Assembly: GCA_038087875.1 (NCBI GenBank)
Contig: CM075991.1
Span: 8,558,001-8,622,000 of the forward strand
Reading direction: 5' to 3'
Origin: Malacoraja senta
Taxonomy: Eukaryota
Length of the DNA stretch: 64,000 bases
Shown: in pieces, positions 12,330 to 24,451 of the stretch
Layout: each line of letters begins with the position of its first letter
Position numbering within the stretch: the stretch's first letter is position 1
Made by a program: the position numbers and the translations under genes
Notes under the pieces: model-generated
Told to the model about the DNA's origin: nothing
What the model saw: only the letters and a program-made list of their open reading frames with translations
Database searches by the model: none

Positions 12330-13148
12330 AAGGATATTTGCAGGATGTTTCCAGGACTCGAACGTCTGGGCTACGGGGAGAGGTTGAATACGCTGGGATT
12401 ATATTTCTTGGAGCGTAGGAGAATGTGATCTTATAGAGGTGTATAAAATCACAATAGACAATAGACAATAGACAATAGACAATAGGTGCAGGAGTAGGCC
12501 ATGTGGCCTTTCGAGCCAATGTGATCATGGCTGATCATCCCCAATCAGTATCCCGTTCCTGCCTTCTCCCCATATACCCCGACTCCGCTATTTTTAAGAA
12601 CCCTATCTAGTTCTCTCTTGAAAGCATCCAGAGAACCTGCCTCCACCGCCCTCTGAGGCAGAGAATTCCACAGACTCACCACTCTCTGTGAGAAAAAGTG
12701 TTTCCTCGTCTCCGTTTTAAATGGCTTACTCCTTATTCCTTACTCCTTATTCTTAAACTGTGGCCCCTGGTTCTGGACTCTCCCAACATCGGGAACATGT
12801 TCACAAGAGGAATCGATCGGGTAGACGCACAGGGTCTCTTGCCCAGAGTAGGGAAACCGAGAACCAGAGAACATAGGTTGAAGGTGACGGGGGAAAGATT
12901 TAATAGGAATCTGAGGGGTAACTTTTTCACACGAAGGGTGGTGGGCGTATGGAACGAGCTGCCAGAGGAGGTACACGAGGCTGAGACTATCGCAACGTTT
13001 ATGACACAATTAGACATGTACATGGATAGGACAGGTTTAGAGGGATATGGGCTAAATGCAGGCAGGTGGGACTAGTGTAGCTGAGACATGTTGGTTGGTG
13101 GGGGCAAGTTGGGCCTGTTTCCACACTGTATCACTCTATGACTCTAAT
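12330..13148 (+). mobile_element. CR1 3' fragment with an antisense CR1 fragment nested at 12452-12800
   Basis: TRGHSL/RVV..WN.LP motifs on both strands. ATCACAA/TTCACAA at the junctions. Confidence 0.8.
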
Positions 13149-13711
13149 GCGACGAGATCTTTCACTTGAGAGAGTGGATTCAGAGGCAAGGGCGCTACAC
13201 AATGAGACACGGCTAAAAGGCAACGCCAGCAGTGAAGCGACACTCCCTCAGTAAGGCACGGCAGTACCTGCTTCCCAGTGGGAACTGCACCCAACAACTC
13301 AGAGGGCTGCTCATTCACCCACGATCGGCTTTATACAAATAGATAACCTAGGCAGATTATAGTGCTTGCTCTGACATTAGGAAGTTAATTTTTGTAGTGA
13401 GCTTATCAATTAGATTGATTAGCTTCTCTAAGCAAAATCAGTATCAGTATTTCTTTTGAGCCTCAGGGAAAAGACTTTGATTTGGTCTACTGTCAAATTT
13501 AAGATTCATGAAATCTGACAATAACAAACTAGTGGCAATTTTTGTTTTCTCCCTGTGTCAAACTCAAAAAACACATTGATCAAAGTATTTCAAGGTCAAG
13601 AAATAAAGATTTGAAGGCTGGAAATCATCATCATTCATGCTGACTGCATCTGTATCTTTGTCTCCCCTTCTCCTGCCTCATTCATGACCAACTATTTTAA
13701 TTTGCCAATTG

Positions 13712-14002
13712 TTTAGATTAGTTTAGAGATACAACATGGAAACAGGCCCTTCGGCCCGCGCCGACCAGCGATCCCCGCACATTAACACTTTCCTACACCC
13801 ACTAGGGACAATTTTTTTACATTCATTTACTAAGCCAATTAACCTACAAACCTGTACGTCTTTGGAATGTGGGAGGAAACCGAAGATCTCGGAGAAAACC
13901 CGCGCAGGTCACGGGGAGAACGTACAAACTCCGTACAGACAGCACCCGGGTCTCCGGCGCTGCATTCGCTGTAAGGCAGCAACTCTACCGCTGCGCCACC
14001 GT
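13712..14002 (-). mobile_element. HE1-type SINE
   Basis: Consensus match. Confidence 0.8.
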
Positions 14003-14302
14003 ATTTCCAGAGGAGGAAGGAAAATCATCAGCTTGAGTTTCAAACAAAATGGCCTGAGAAATTTCATTGAGTGGTGCGTCAATCTCGTGTGTTTAGACTT
14101 TACCTTTAGACTTTAGACATTAGAGATACAGTGCGGAAACAGGCACTTCCGCCCAGCGAGTCCGTGCCGACCAGCGATCTGCCCGTTCATTAACATGATC
14201 CTATGCATCCTGAAAACAGACAAAAATACACACACGGTTTTGTCGCGAAACGGAACAATGAAATTCTTACTTGCAGCCGCACAACAGAATATGTAAACAT
14301 CG

Positions 14303-14620
14303 TAGACACAAAATGCTGGAGGAACTCAGCGGGTGAGGCAGCATCTCTGGAGAGAAGGAATGGGCGACGTTTCGGGTCGAGAGACTGATGTCAGGGGAGG
14401 GGGTGGGACAAAGACAGAATGTAGTCGGAGACAGTAAGACTAGTGGGAGAACTGGGAAGGGGAAAGGGATGGAGAGAGAAAGCAAGGGCTATCTGAAGTG
14501 AGAGAAGCCAATGTTCATACCGCTGAGGTGTAAGCTGCCCAAGCAAAATATGAGGCGCTGGTCCTCCAATTTGCGCTGGGCCTCACTCCGACAATGGAGG
14601 AGGCCCAGGACAGGAAGCCC
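14303..14620 (-). mobile_element. PLE 3' fragment (endonuclease C-terminus plus pseudo-LTR)
   Basis: Translates VLGLLHCRSEAQRKLEDQRLIFCLGSLHLSGMNIGFSHFR*, followed by the pLTR consensus. Confidence 0.8.
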
Positions 14621-15598
14621 TGTAAACATAGTACTCCGTAAAAGCCATAATGAACAATAACAAACAAAAAAATGCAATAAATCATGGGAGGAATAGATCG
14701 GGTAGATGCACAGAGTCTCTTGCCCGGAGTAGGGGAATTGGGAACCAGAGGACATACGGTAGGTTTAAGGTCAGGGGGAAACAATTTAATAGGAATCTGA
14801 GGGTTAACTTTCTCACACAAAGGGTGGTGGGTGTGTGGAACAGGCTGCCAGAGGAGGTAGTTAAGGCTGGGACTATCCCAATGTTAAAGAAACAATTAGA
14901 CAGGTACAAGGATAGGACATGTTTGGAGGGATATGGACCCAATGCAGGCAGGTGGGACTAGTATAGTTGGCTGGTGTGGTCAAGTTGGGTCGAAGGGCCT
15001 GTTTCCATGCTGTATCACTCTATGACTCTAAATGTTCAGTATACATATATATAAGTGTGGTCTCAGTGGGCTGAAGAGCTTGTTTCCATGCTTTGTCTCC
15101 AAAATAAATTAAACAATGGAAGTTCCCTACTCAAACTCTGCACCGTTTTACTTCAGTGATGTTTGCCTGTGGCAAAACATTTGCTTTGTGTGTTGTTGGG
15201 GTTGCTGTTTACTGCTGCTGTGAATTGTTCACTTTGAACATGCCCTTGCATTTTGGCTCCATTGCCCGCTGGGCTGTGTTCGTGTTGGCCTAATATGGAC
15301 ACGGTGCTGAGACTGGTCGATTTCAGATGCGGGGCAAAGTGTGGGGGATTGACCAGCAAAGATATGTTCCTGTTGACGTCTGCCTAAAACCTCGTGGAAC
15401 ACCATGGAAGCTCGAGGGTCTGCCTGGTCTTACTTACGGCTTCCATTTATAATGCCACTATTGTCTATTTAAACACAAGGAACTGTAGATTCCGGTTTAC
15501 AAAAGAAGACTGGAGTAAATGCTGGAAAAGTGGCACAGTGGCGCAGCGGTAGAGTTGCTGTCTTACAGCGCCAGAGAACTAGGTTGTATCCCGACGAA

Positions 15599-15834
15599 AG
15601 GGCCTGTCCCACTTTCACGACCTAATTCACGACCTCTGCCGAGTTTGCCCTTGACTCATACTCGCAGCATGGTCGTCACGAGGTCGTAGGAGGTCGTAGG
15701 TAGGTCGTAGCAGGCCGTGATGCTAGTCGTAGGTACTCGTGGCATCAAGTAGGTCGGGCGTTTTTCTAGCCTGATGAAAAATGTCCACAAGTAAAAAAGG
15801 TTGTGAATTAGGTCGTGAAAGTGGGACAGGCCCT
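15599..15834. mobile_element. Harbinger-type MITE nested in a SINE
   Basis: TIR AGGGCCTGTCCCACTTTCACGACCTAATTCAC. Flanks GAA/TAA. The host SINE resumes GGGTGCTGCC. Confidence 0.85.
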
Positions 15835-18074
15835 TAAGGGTGCTGCCTGTATGGAGTTTGTACGATCTCCCCGTGACCTGCGTGGGTTTTCTCCGGTATC
15901 TCTGGGTTCCTCCCACACTCCAAAGACTTACAGATTTGTAGGCTAATTGGCTTGGTAAAATATTGTAAATTGTCCCTGGTGTGTGTGGGATAGTGTTTGT
16001 GTTAGACAGGTACAGCACATGGATAGCACAGGTTTGGAGGGATATGGACCAAATGTAGGCAGGCGGGACTAGTGTAGCTGGGGCATGTTGGCCTGCGTGG
16101 ACAAGTTGGGCAAAAGGGGCTGTATCTCTAAACTAAACAAAACTAAACGGAACTCAGCAGGTCAGGTAGCATCTCTGAGAGCACGGATAGGCGATGTTTT
16201 GGGTGGTGACCCTTCTTCAGACTGATTGTGATGCGGGGTAGGGTAGAGGGGGGAAAGATGGAAGAGAGGAGGGTTCGAACAAAGCCTGATAACATAGAAC
16301 TAGTTATAGAGTTGTAGAGTAATAGTGGAAACAGGCCCTTCGGCCCAACTTGTCCACACGTCAACATGCCCCAGCTGCACTAGTCCCACCTGCCTACGTT
16401 TGGTCCTTATCCCTCCAAACCCATCCTATCCATGTACCCGTCTAACTGTTTCTTAAACATTGAGATAGTCCCAGCCTCAACTACCTCCGCTGGCAGCTTG
16501 TTCCATACACCCACCACCCATTGTGTGAAAAAGTGACCCCTCAGATTCCTATTAAATCTTTTCCCCCTCACCTTAAACCTATGTCCTCTGGTCTTCCATT
16601 CACCTACTCTGGGCAAGAGACTCTGTGCATCTAGTGTGAACGGGAGTTTCGATGGTTGGCGTGGACTTGGTGTGCCGAAGGGCCTGTTTCCATGCTGTAT
16701 CTTTTAATCAAGTGACCACAGAGTTAGGCCAACAAAGGAAACTGCTGCCTCCGCTGTCAAGTGGCCCTTCGCTGTTTGCTTCCGAACTCTCATGGGGCAG
16801 CAGAGATAATTGGAGGAAAATGCTGTGAAGATGTATTTCAGCTGGTCATTGGGAAACCGGCACTCTGCTGGCTTGTATGGTTTGAATCCACAGTGAACCC
16901 TGCACAGAGGGTCTTTTATTTGAGAGAGTTTGAAATGGTGATATTGCGAACAGCATTTACTTCAAAGAGCCCCCCTGTTTAATTCACAAGCAGCGATGCC
17001 CTGGGTTTGTGCCTCGGAGTCTCGATAAATTTATTGCTGCATCTCTCGCAAGGGTGTAATTTCAGTTTGCAGGTTTCTCCGGCTGACCTCCTCCTTCGGG
17101 ACTTACGAATAAAATCATCCGCAGCAGAGGGTTTTAAGGTCTCTCTCTCATCTTGTCTGACAGGTGTTAAGGGCCACAAGCTGAACGAGTTTGGTCAGAA
17201 TAAATCCAGAGCCTTGGGGACAGGAGAACACAGCAGTAGAAGTGCCTGGAATTCAGGATAATTCAACACTGAGACACAGTATCCCTGAGAGTGTACAATA
17301 CAGAGGGCTTAAGAAATGGAAATATCGTGTTGCTACAATCGGTAGAATTTGCAGACTGTGCAATGAGGAAATTGACAATGCGGATACGAGTAGGGGTTAA
17401 GAAATAAAAATCGCTTTTTCTGCTGCCAGACAATTTTAAGTTTCCTCTATTTCGTAATTATTCCGGATAATAATGCAAGACCTGTTTTTCCGCTTTATCC
17501 CTCAGGTTCTCAGCCTGAGCTCACAAGCAATTGAACAAACTAATTCCGGCTCGATGGTTCAACAGCTTACTTCAGTCCAAATCTCAGAAGAGCAGCCTGA
17601 CATTTTTCTATTTCCTGCCCTTTCTGTCCCCAAGATTCTCTGGAGGAAACTGTCGATTCCTGTGTCAACTGATGCGCTATGTTAGAGATAATGTGGCGTT
17701 GAGAATCAGATTGCGCTCACTTCATATAACAGCCTTATTGTCAGTAGCGAAGGGTGTGGGTTTAGGTGTGTAGGATACACTGAAGGTAGACACAAAAAAA
17801 ATCTGGAGTAGCTCAGTGTCAGGGTCAAGCAGCATCTCTGGAGAAAACAATAGGTGATGTTTTGGCTTCAGACTGAAGAAGACTGTCTGAGGAAGTATCT
17901 CGACCCAAAATGTCACCAATTCCTTTTGTCCAGAGATGTTGCCTGACCCGCTGAGTTACTCCAGCTTTTAGGTGTCTGGGCTGGGGGTTACTTGAAAGGT
18001 GTGACCCAATCCCGGAAAGTTATGATTAGTGTCTTAATTTCTTCTCAATGCTTAATCAGCTTCTCAATTGCTTA

Positions 18075-18699
18075 AGCCCCTGTCCCACTTAGGCGATTTT
18101 ATCGGCGACTACAGATGACTTGGCTGTCGCCACATAGCCAAGGGGTGACGCCTGTATAGTCGTGAGTAGTCTCCTCAAAAGTCGCCTAAAGAGTCGTAAC
18201 GTTTTTCTGGTCGCTGCTGGATTTTGAAATGTTCAAAACTTTTCGGCGTCTTTGGGCTTGACGTAGCTTGGTCTTCTCCTGTCGATGGTGCTGTCGGAGG
18301 TCGTCGCCAGGATGACGCAGGTTGTTGCCACCGGGTGCTGACTTCGGTGAATTCCATTGGCGACTACCTACGCCAACTTACGGCGTCAGGTGCCGGTGAC
18401 TGAATTGTCATCAGTTGTCGCCGACAGGGTCGTTGCTTGTCGTAGCTTGTTACAGGTGGAGGTAGGTTGACTTCCGTTGTCGTAGGTTGTCGCCTGTGTG
18501 GTCGTAGGTGTGTTCGTAGGTGGACGTCCTAATGTGTCGCCGGTTGTCGGGAGCTTGACGTCGACAAGGTGGTAGGTTGTGCTAGCTTGTCGTAGACATT
18601 GTCGTAAGGGGCGTCCAGTCGCCGCTTTTTCGTCGACCTGCTACGACTGTGACAGTCGCCGGCAGTCGCCGAAAAAGTCGCCTAAGTGGGACAGGCCCT
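18075..18699. mobile_element. Harbinger-type MITE, 625 bp, CpG-rich with GTCG/GTCGTAGG repeats
   Basis: Termini AGCCCCTGTCCCACTTAGGCGA...TCGCCTAAGTGGGACAGGCCCT. TTA on the left flank. Confidence 0.8.
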
Positions 18700-18837
18700 T
18701 TTACTTACTGAGTATCAGATCTGTCTCTGCTCTCTCCTATGTAAAAGGGTTAGCAGTGGGTCAGATATACCAGATTACTTCAAAATGCTGGAGTAACTCA
18801 GCGGGATAGGCGGCATCTCTGGAGAGAAAGAATGGGC

Positions 18838-18865
18838 GACGTTTCGGGTCGAGACCCTTCTTCAG
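18838..18865 (-). ncRNA. Minimal type I hammerhead ribozyme core in a PLE pseudo-LTR (representative consensus copy)
   Basis: CUGAAGA-A-GGGU(CUCG)ACCC-GAAA-C-GUC. The palindromic ACGU at stem III is typical of PLE hammerheads. Confidence 0.7.
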
Positions 18866-19646
18866 ACAGAGAGTCAGGCGAGAGGGAGACACAAATTTAA
18901 GGAAGGGTAAGGTGTGAAAACAAGACATCAGAAGAGATGAGGTTCATGGAAAATGTGGAATAGATCATTGTTAGCGAGGAGAAGGTGTCAACAAAGCAAA
19001 CAGATCAAATGTAATCGGGGACAGTCATACTGGTTGGAGAACTATGATGGGGGTGGGATGGAGAGAGGGAAAACAAAGGTTGCTTGAAGTTAGAGAAGTC
19101 AATACCAAAGAAGGGTCTCGACCCAAAACGTCGCCCATTCCAACGCTCCAGAGATGCTGCCTGTCCCGCTGAGTTCATCCAGCATTTTCTGTCCATCCAC
19201 TGTCACAAATAATCGGCTCAGAATTTTGAAGCGCAGGAATGTTAAAAGAAAAGTCACCGAGCAATGAATCAATTTGCTCGATGTGCTTCCTGCATTCCTA
19301 ATGGGATAAGTCACCCTACTCACCAGCATATAATCTATCCGATACGGTTACGCTCTGGAGTAAAGCCTCCAGTTCAGTGTCACTTGTTCAATCTTCTGTT
19401 GCGGTTAACAAACTGTCTGCAAGGATCACCATTTTCTTCAGATAGCTGTGACAATAAAAGACCTTTGAACCGTTGAATCCAAATTCGTCCCAACAGAGCA
19501 GGAGACCGAGTGCATGGACTGGACTGGACTGGACTTTGAAAATGGCGCCAGAACCTGGCGACTCCAGCGTGGTGGTCTCAGTGGACAATTTCTGTACACC
19601 TTGCTAATCTGTATTTACGTGTGGCTATACTTTACTGAACTGTGTG

Positions 19647-19773
19647 TTGGGGCGGGAGATTGCAACCTTCACGAGGTCCGCCCTGTTTCGACGAATGCAC
19701 AATCAAACAAGATCAAACAGAACAAGTTGACCTACAACTTTCGGCTGTGCACGCCATACGCAAGAAGACGAGG
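19647..19773 (+). mobile_element. HDV-like-ribozyme-headed short retroelement, copy 2, with 13-bp TSD
   Basis: TSD ACTGAACTGTGTG at 19634-19646 and 19774-19786. P1 GGGGCGG/CCGCCCT starts at 19649. A short deletion between two TGCA motifs damages P2'. AAG-type tail. Confidence 0.85.
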
Positions 19774-20109
19774 ACTGAACTGTGTGCGAAAAAATAATTT
19801 TGCTGCGCATTCGTGCAAGTGACAACAAATGCAACGTGGACCATTGACCATTGAGTTGTACAAATCCTTCTTCATTGTCAAATATATGTTCACCCATCTC
19901 ACCACCCAGAAGGCCAAGGTCAGTGTGCATGGGGTAAGCCCACCACTTTCAAGTGACGTGGGAATATATTGCCAATCCTTTATTGTTGCTGGGTCTAGGT
20001 CTGGGAACCTTTCCCCAACAGCAGATGGATTGCAGCAACTAAAAGAGGTTGCTCAGCGCCGTCACCTCGAGCGATCTCGAACAGGCATTAAACGGTGGCC
20101 GCTCCTAGG

Positions 20110-20247
20110 TGTCCAGACAGAAATGTCTGGGAGTGGGCTCAACTGGGGAGAACTCGAAAGAACTTCCAACAACCGAGTGAGCTGGAGGACATTTGTCAAT
20201 GGCGTATCCTCCCTAGAGGAGCAAGGGGCTTAAGAAGAAGAAGAAGG
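20110..20247 (+). mobile_element. 5'-truncated RTE LINE 3' end with (AAG)n tail
   Basis: Translates as ...SGLNWGELERTSNNRVSWRTFVNGVSSLEEQGA*, an RTE-like C-terminus, followed by AAGAAGAAGAAGAAG. Confidence 0.75.
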
Positions 20248-20269
20248 AGCTCACATGAATAAATCCAGT

Positions 20270-20297
20270 CTGAAGAAAGGTCTCGACCTGAAACGTC
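20270..20297 (+). ncRNA. Minimal hammerhead core in a PLE pseudo-LTR with a compensatory stem II change
   Basis: CUGAAGA-A-AGGU(CUCG)ACCU-GAAA-C-GUC. An A-U pair replaces the consensus G-C. Confidence 0.65.
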
Positions 20298-20460
20298 ACC
20301 TATTCCTTTTCTCCTGAAATGCTGCCTGACCCGCTGAGTTACTTCAGCATTTTGTGTCTATCTTCAGTTTAAGCCAGCATCTGCAGTTCCTTCCTGCACA
20401 ATATAAGTGTATATTTAGTTTAACTAAGGTGTGGAGCGTTGAAGGATTTTCCATCAGTGC

Positions 20461-20613
20461 CAGCCTTGGCTTAAGGGATAGGATCATCCATCTCCAAATC
20501 AGAAGGTATTCCCTTTCGGTCCACTGAAGACAGTCCTGCCTAATCTCGGGTGGCCTCTCCAGTAGGTGCCAAGGTGTGCCACCCTATCAGAGGTGCTGCC
20601 TCTCAAATGAGAT
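20461..20613 (+). mobile_element. Degraded ancient Deu-domain (SacSINE1/AmnSINE-like) SINE fragment
   Basis: CAGAGGTGCTGCCTCTCAAATGAGAT and upstream blocks resemble the Deu domain. Recognised from memory only. Confidence 0.4.
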
Positions 20614-20922
20614 TTAGTTTTGTTTTGTTTAGAGATACAGCGCAGAAAAAGGCCTTTCGGCCCACCATGTCCGCGCCAACCAGCGATCCCTGCATACTAA
20701 CACCATCCTACACACAATTAGGGACAATTTACAATGTCATCAAGCCAATTAGCCTACAAAGCTGTCTGTCTTTGGAGTGTGGGAGAAAACTGGAGATCCC
20801 AGGGAAAACCCGCACGGTCACAGGGAGAACGTACAAACTCCCAAACATTCAGCACCCTTGGTCAGGATTGAACCCGGGTCTCAGACGCTGTAAGGCAGCA
20901 AATCTACTGGTGTGCCACCATG
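20612..20922 (-). mobile_element. HE1-type SINE
   Basis: Consensus match. Confidence 0.8.
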
Positions 20923-21343
20923 TGTTAAACCAAAGCTCTGTCCATTCTCTTGCATTAAAAAAAAAATCCCCTTTGTAACAATTTATAGATCGAGAATTCT
21001 CTCTGGTGTCTTAAGTCATTATTTGTCCCTAAACCACTATAATTAAAATAGATTAAATCATTTACCACAATGCTGCCTGGGCAAGCATGCAGTGCACAAA
21101 TTGGCAGTTGTATTTCCTACTTTATAAGTGGGGTCTTTCTTCAGAAAGAGACTTCATTTATTGTAAAACACTTGGCAACTTCCTGGGATTGTAGTAAGGG
21201 CTGTGCAAAAAATGGCAGGATTACTTTCTGTTTGTAACCATTTTGTGTTGTTACTGAAAGAAGCATACAACGTGTTGGAGTAACTCAGTGGGTCAAGCAG
21301 CATCTCTGGAGAACATGGACAGGTGAAGAAGTCTGAAGAATGA

Positions 21344-21381
21344 GGATGGAGGCGTGGGTTCGAATCCCACTTCTGACACCA
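21344..21381 (+). pseudogene. 3' 38 nt of mature tRNA-Leu (CAA-like) including CCA; an extended PBS, not a tRNA gene
   Basis: GGATGGAGGCGTGGGTTCGAATCCCACTTCTGACACCA covers part of the variable arm, the T-arm, the acceptor 3' strand and CCA. Confidence 0.85.
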
Positions 21382-21593
21382 TGTAAATAATGATGTTACA
21401 CAGCCTGGAGTTTAGTCATCTTTAATTGTTACACATAATATAGTGGTACAGCAGGTTGTTAGTTGCTAGTTCATCATCGCTACTTCCAGGACTACCCAGT
21501 GTAGGAAGTGGGTTTTAATATAAAGCGTACAGTAAGGTGGGGTTAGTGATGCTACTCTACTATGATTGGTTCACATGCAATAACCAATCGACA
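21382..21593 (-). mobile_element. Single LTR (~212 bp, TGT...ACA) of a probable Gypsy-type retrotransposon
   Basis: Minus strand starts TGTCGA and ends TTTACA. It has CCAAT, TATA-like and AATTAAA motifs and is followed directly by the PBS TGGTGTCAGAAGTGGGAT. Confidence 0.65.
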
Positions 21594-23184
21594 GGCCCTG
21601 AACAGAAACGTCACCTATCCATGTTCTCCACAGATGCTGCCTGACCCGCTGAGTTACTCCAGCACTCTGTGAAACGTCACCTATCCATGTTCTCTACAGA
21701 TGCTGCCTGACCCGCTGAGTTACTCCAGCACTTTGTGTCCTTTTGCATGAACTAGCAGTTCCCTGTTTCTACTAGGTTGCAAAACATATTTGGCTAATAA
21801 AGTATGATTATGAATAAGATTATGACGATTATGATTATGATTACTGAACTTGAAAATGCCAGATTACATATGTCGTTCTCAAGAAGTTTTTTTTTCTGTG
21901 GTAGCAATTGTGACCCTAAATACAAAGAGTGCCGATGCTTATTGTAAGATAAATGACACAAAGTGCTGGAGTATATTTATTCACTGGAATTTAGAAGACA
22001 CATAAGATTCTTAAGGGATTGGACAGGCTAGATGCAGGAAAAAATGTTCCCGATGTTGGGGGAGTCTAGAACTAGGGGGTCACAGTTTAAGAATAATGGG
22101 TCGGCCATTTAGGACTGTGACGAGGAAAATCGTTTTCACCCAGAGAGTTGTGAATCAGTGGAAGTCTCTGCCACAGAAGGCAGTGGAGGTCAATTCACTG
22201 GATGTTTTCAAGAGAGAGTTAGATTTAGCTCTTCGGGCTAAAGGAATCAAGGGATATGGGGAGAAAGCAGGAACGGGGTATTGATTTTGGATGATCATAT
22301 TCAATGGCGGTGCTGGCACGAAGGGCTGAATGGCCTACTCCTGCACCTATTCTCCATGTTTCTAGTAACTCAGCAGATCAAGCGGTATCTCTGGAGAACA
22401 TGGTGATGTTTCCGGTGTGACTCTTCTTCAGACTGATTGTGATGGGGTGGGGGGGGGTGGGGGGGGGGGGGTCTGACAAGGTGAGATAGTTGCAAGGGGG
22501 GGGGTGAGATAGTTGGAAGACAAGTAGGAGCAGGACAAAGCCTGGCATTGATAGGAGGCTTTTTCAATCGCAGCACTGATAAAAACTGAACACACAAGGC
22601 TCTCACCATACATTTGTGGGTTGCAAACTCGTTGGGTTCGATGTGTGTGCAACTGTGTCTAGAAGTCACCTAATGTTTATGCATGTTTTTTTACAAAATA
22701 AATTATTTCTCGTATCTGTGATATTACAGTAAATTTAACACATGCAAATGAATATTTTTCAAACTGCTTTCATTAACAGATAATGTTAGGATTTTAATAA
22801 TTTTGTAATGACTGTGGGATAATTTCAACAACATACAGAAGTCGGAAATATGAAGTTTAACTTGGACCAGCGGGGATAAATTATATTTTTCCGCTGGTGA
22901 ATTAAATCTTCTGCGTGGCTTTGCAGAGGAAAGAAAATGTGCGCATCGAGGTGCATAGGGCATAAGAAATAGGTGTAAGATCAGGATGTTAAAGAAGGAA
23001 CTGCAGATGCTGGAAAATCGAAGGTAGACAAAAATGCTGGAGAAACTCAGCGGGTGCAGCAGCATCTATGGAGCGAAGGAAATAGGCAATGTTTCGGGCC
23101 GAAATCCTTCTTCAGATCAGGTTGCAGGGTTTAATCAAGCAACTTCAGATCAGGGGCAAAATGGTTTTGATGCACAATTAAGGA

Positions 23185-23475
23185 TGACATGGTGGCACAG
23201 CGGTAGAGTTGCTGCCATGCAGCGCCAGGGACCCGGGTTCGATCCTGACTATGGCTGCGGTTTGTATGGAGTTTGTACGTTCTCCCTGTGACCTGCGTGG
23301 GTTTTCTCCAGGAGCTCTGGTTTCCTCCCACTCTCCAAAGACGTACAGGCTAGTTGGCTTCGGTAAAATTGTGTGTTGGATAGTGCTAGTGTAAGGGGTG
23401 ATCATTGGTCGGCACGGACCCGGTGGGCCGAAGGGCCTGCTTCCGTGCTGTATCTCAAAACTAAACTAAACTAAA
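23185..23475 (+). mobile_element. HE1-type SINE
   Basis: A and B boxes (GGTTCGATCC), V-domain, tail. Confidence 0.85.
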
Positions 23476-24003
23476 GAATAAAGTTCATTTATAGAGTCGT
23501 GGAGTGATACAACATGGTAGCAGCATTTTCAGTCCAATTCATCCACACCGACCAAGATGCTTCAATTATTTGCCCCTTCTGGTCCAAATCCCTTGAAACT
23601 TTTTTCAATGCTTGTACCATTTCATATTTCCAGCAGCTCCGATGGTTTGCTTTTTATAGGTTGTGTGGGGGTTTGATTGCTGCTCATAACTGTCCACAAT
23701 GTTGATCTGTGTGCCTGTATGGAGGAGGACACCCACGCGGTTGCAGGGCAAATGTGTAAACTCCAGGCACGGGAACTTCTGAAATGGAAACAGTGAATGC
23801 TGAGAGCGCTCAGCGTGGCGGGGGGGAACCGCGGAGAGAAGAAGCAGGCAGCGCAGAAGATTTGGGATTGAACCCAGGTCATTGGAGCTGTGAGGCAGAA
23901 GCTCCACCAGCTGTGACATCGTGCCACCCTTTATCGAAGACGGTGTGTGTTTCTTCAACAATAGGATTGAAGGAGTTTTAACCACAAGTGGGTTTAATGA
24001 AAG

Positions 24004-24146
24004 CAGGTGGAATAAAAAACTTGTGGTGCAATGGGGCAGCTGGTAGAGTTGCTGCCTCACAGCACCAGAGACCGGACAGGTGGAATAAAAAACTTGTGGT
24101 GCAGTGGGGCAGCTGGTAGAGTTGCTGCCTCACAGCACCAGAGACC
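24004..24146. repeat. 73-bp tandem duplication spanning a SINE 5' junction
   Basis: CAGGTGGAATAAAAAACTTG at 24004 and 24077. Confidence 0.9.
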
Positions 24147-24451
24147 AGGGTTCGATCCTGACCTTGTGTGCTGTCTGTGCGGAGTTTGCATGTTCTCCCT
24201 GTGACTGTGTCGACTTCCTCCCCGGTCAACAAAAGAATTTCACCGTCCAGTTGCATAGGTGACAAATAAAGAACTATTGAACCATTGACGATTTTCAATT
24301 AGAAGAGTGTTATGTCTCTGTAACTTATGGCTGGTTTAGTTGAAGATAGACACAAAATGCTGGAGTAACTCAGCGGGACAGGCAGCATCTCTGGAGAGAA
24401 GGAATGGGTGACGTTTCTGGTCGAAACCCTTCTTCAGACTGATGTCAAGCT

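Noticed and set aside
21344..21381. tRNA-Leu gene
   Set aside because: Only the 3' 38 nt are present, with encoded CCA and adjacent to an LTR. It is a reverse-transcribed primer copy.
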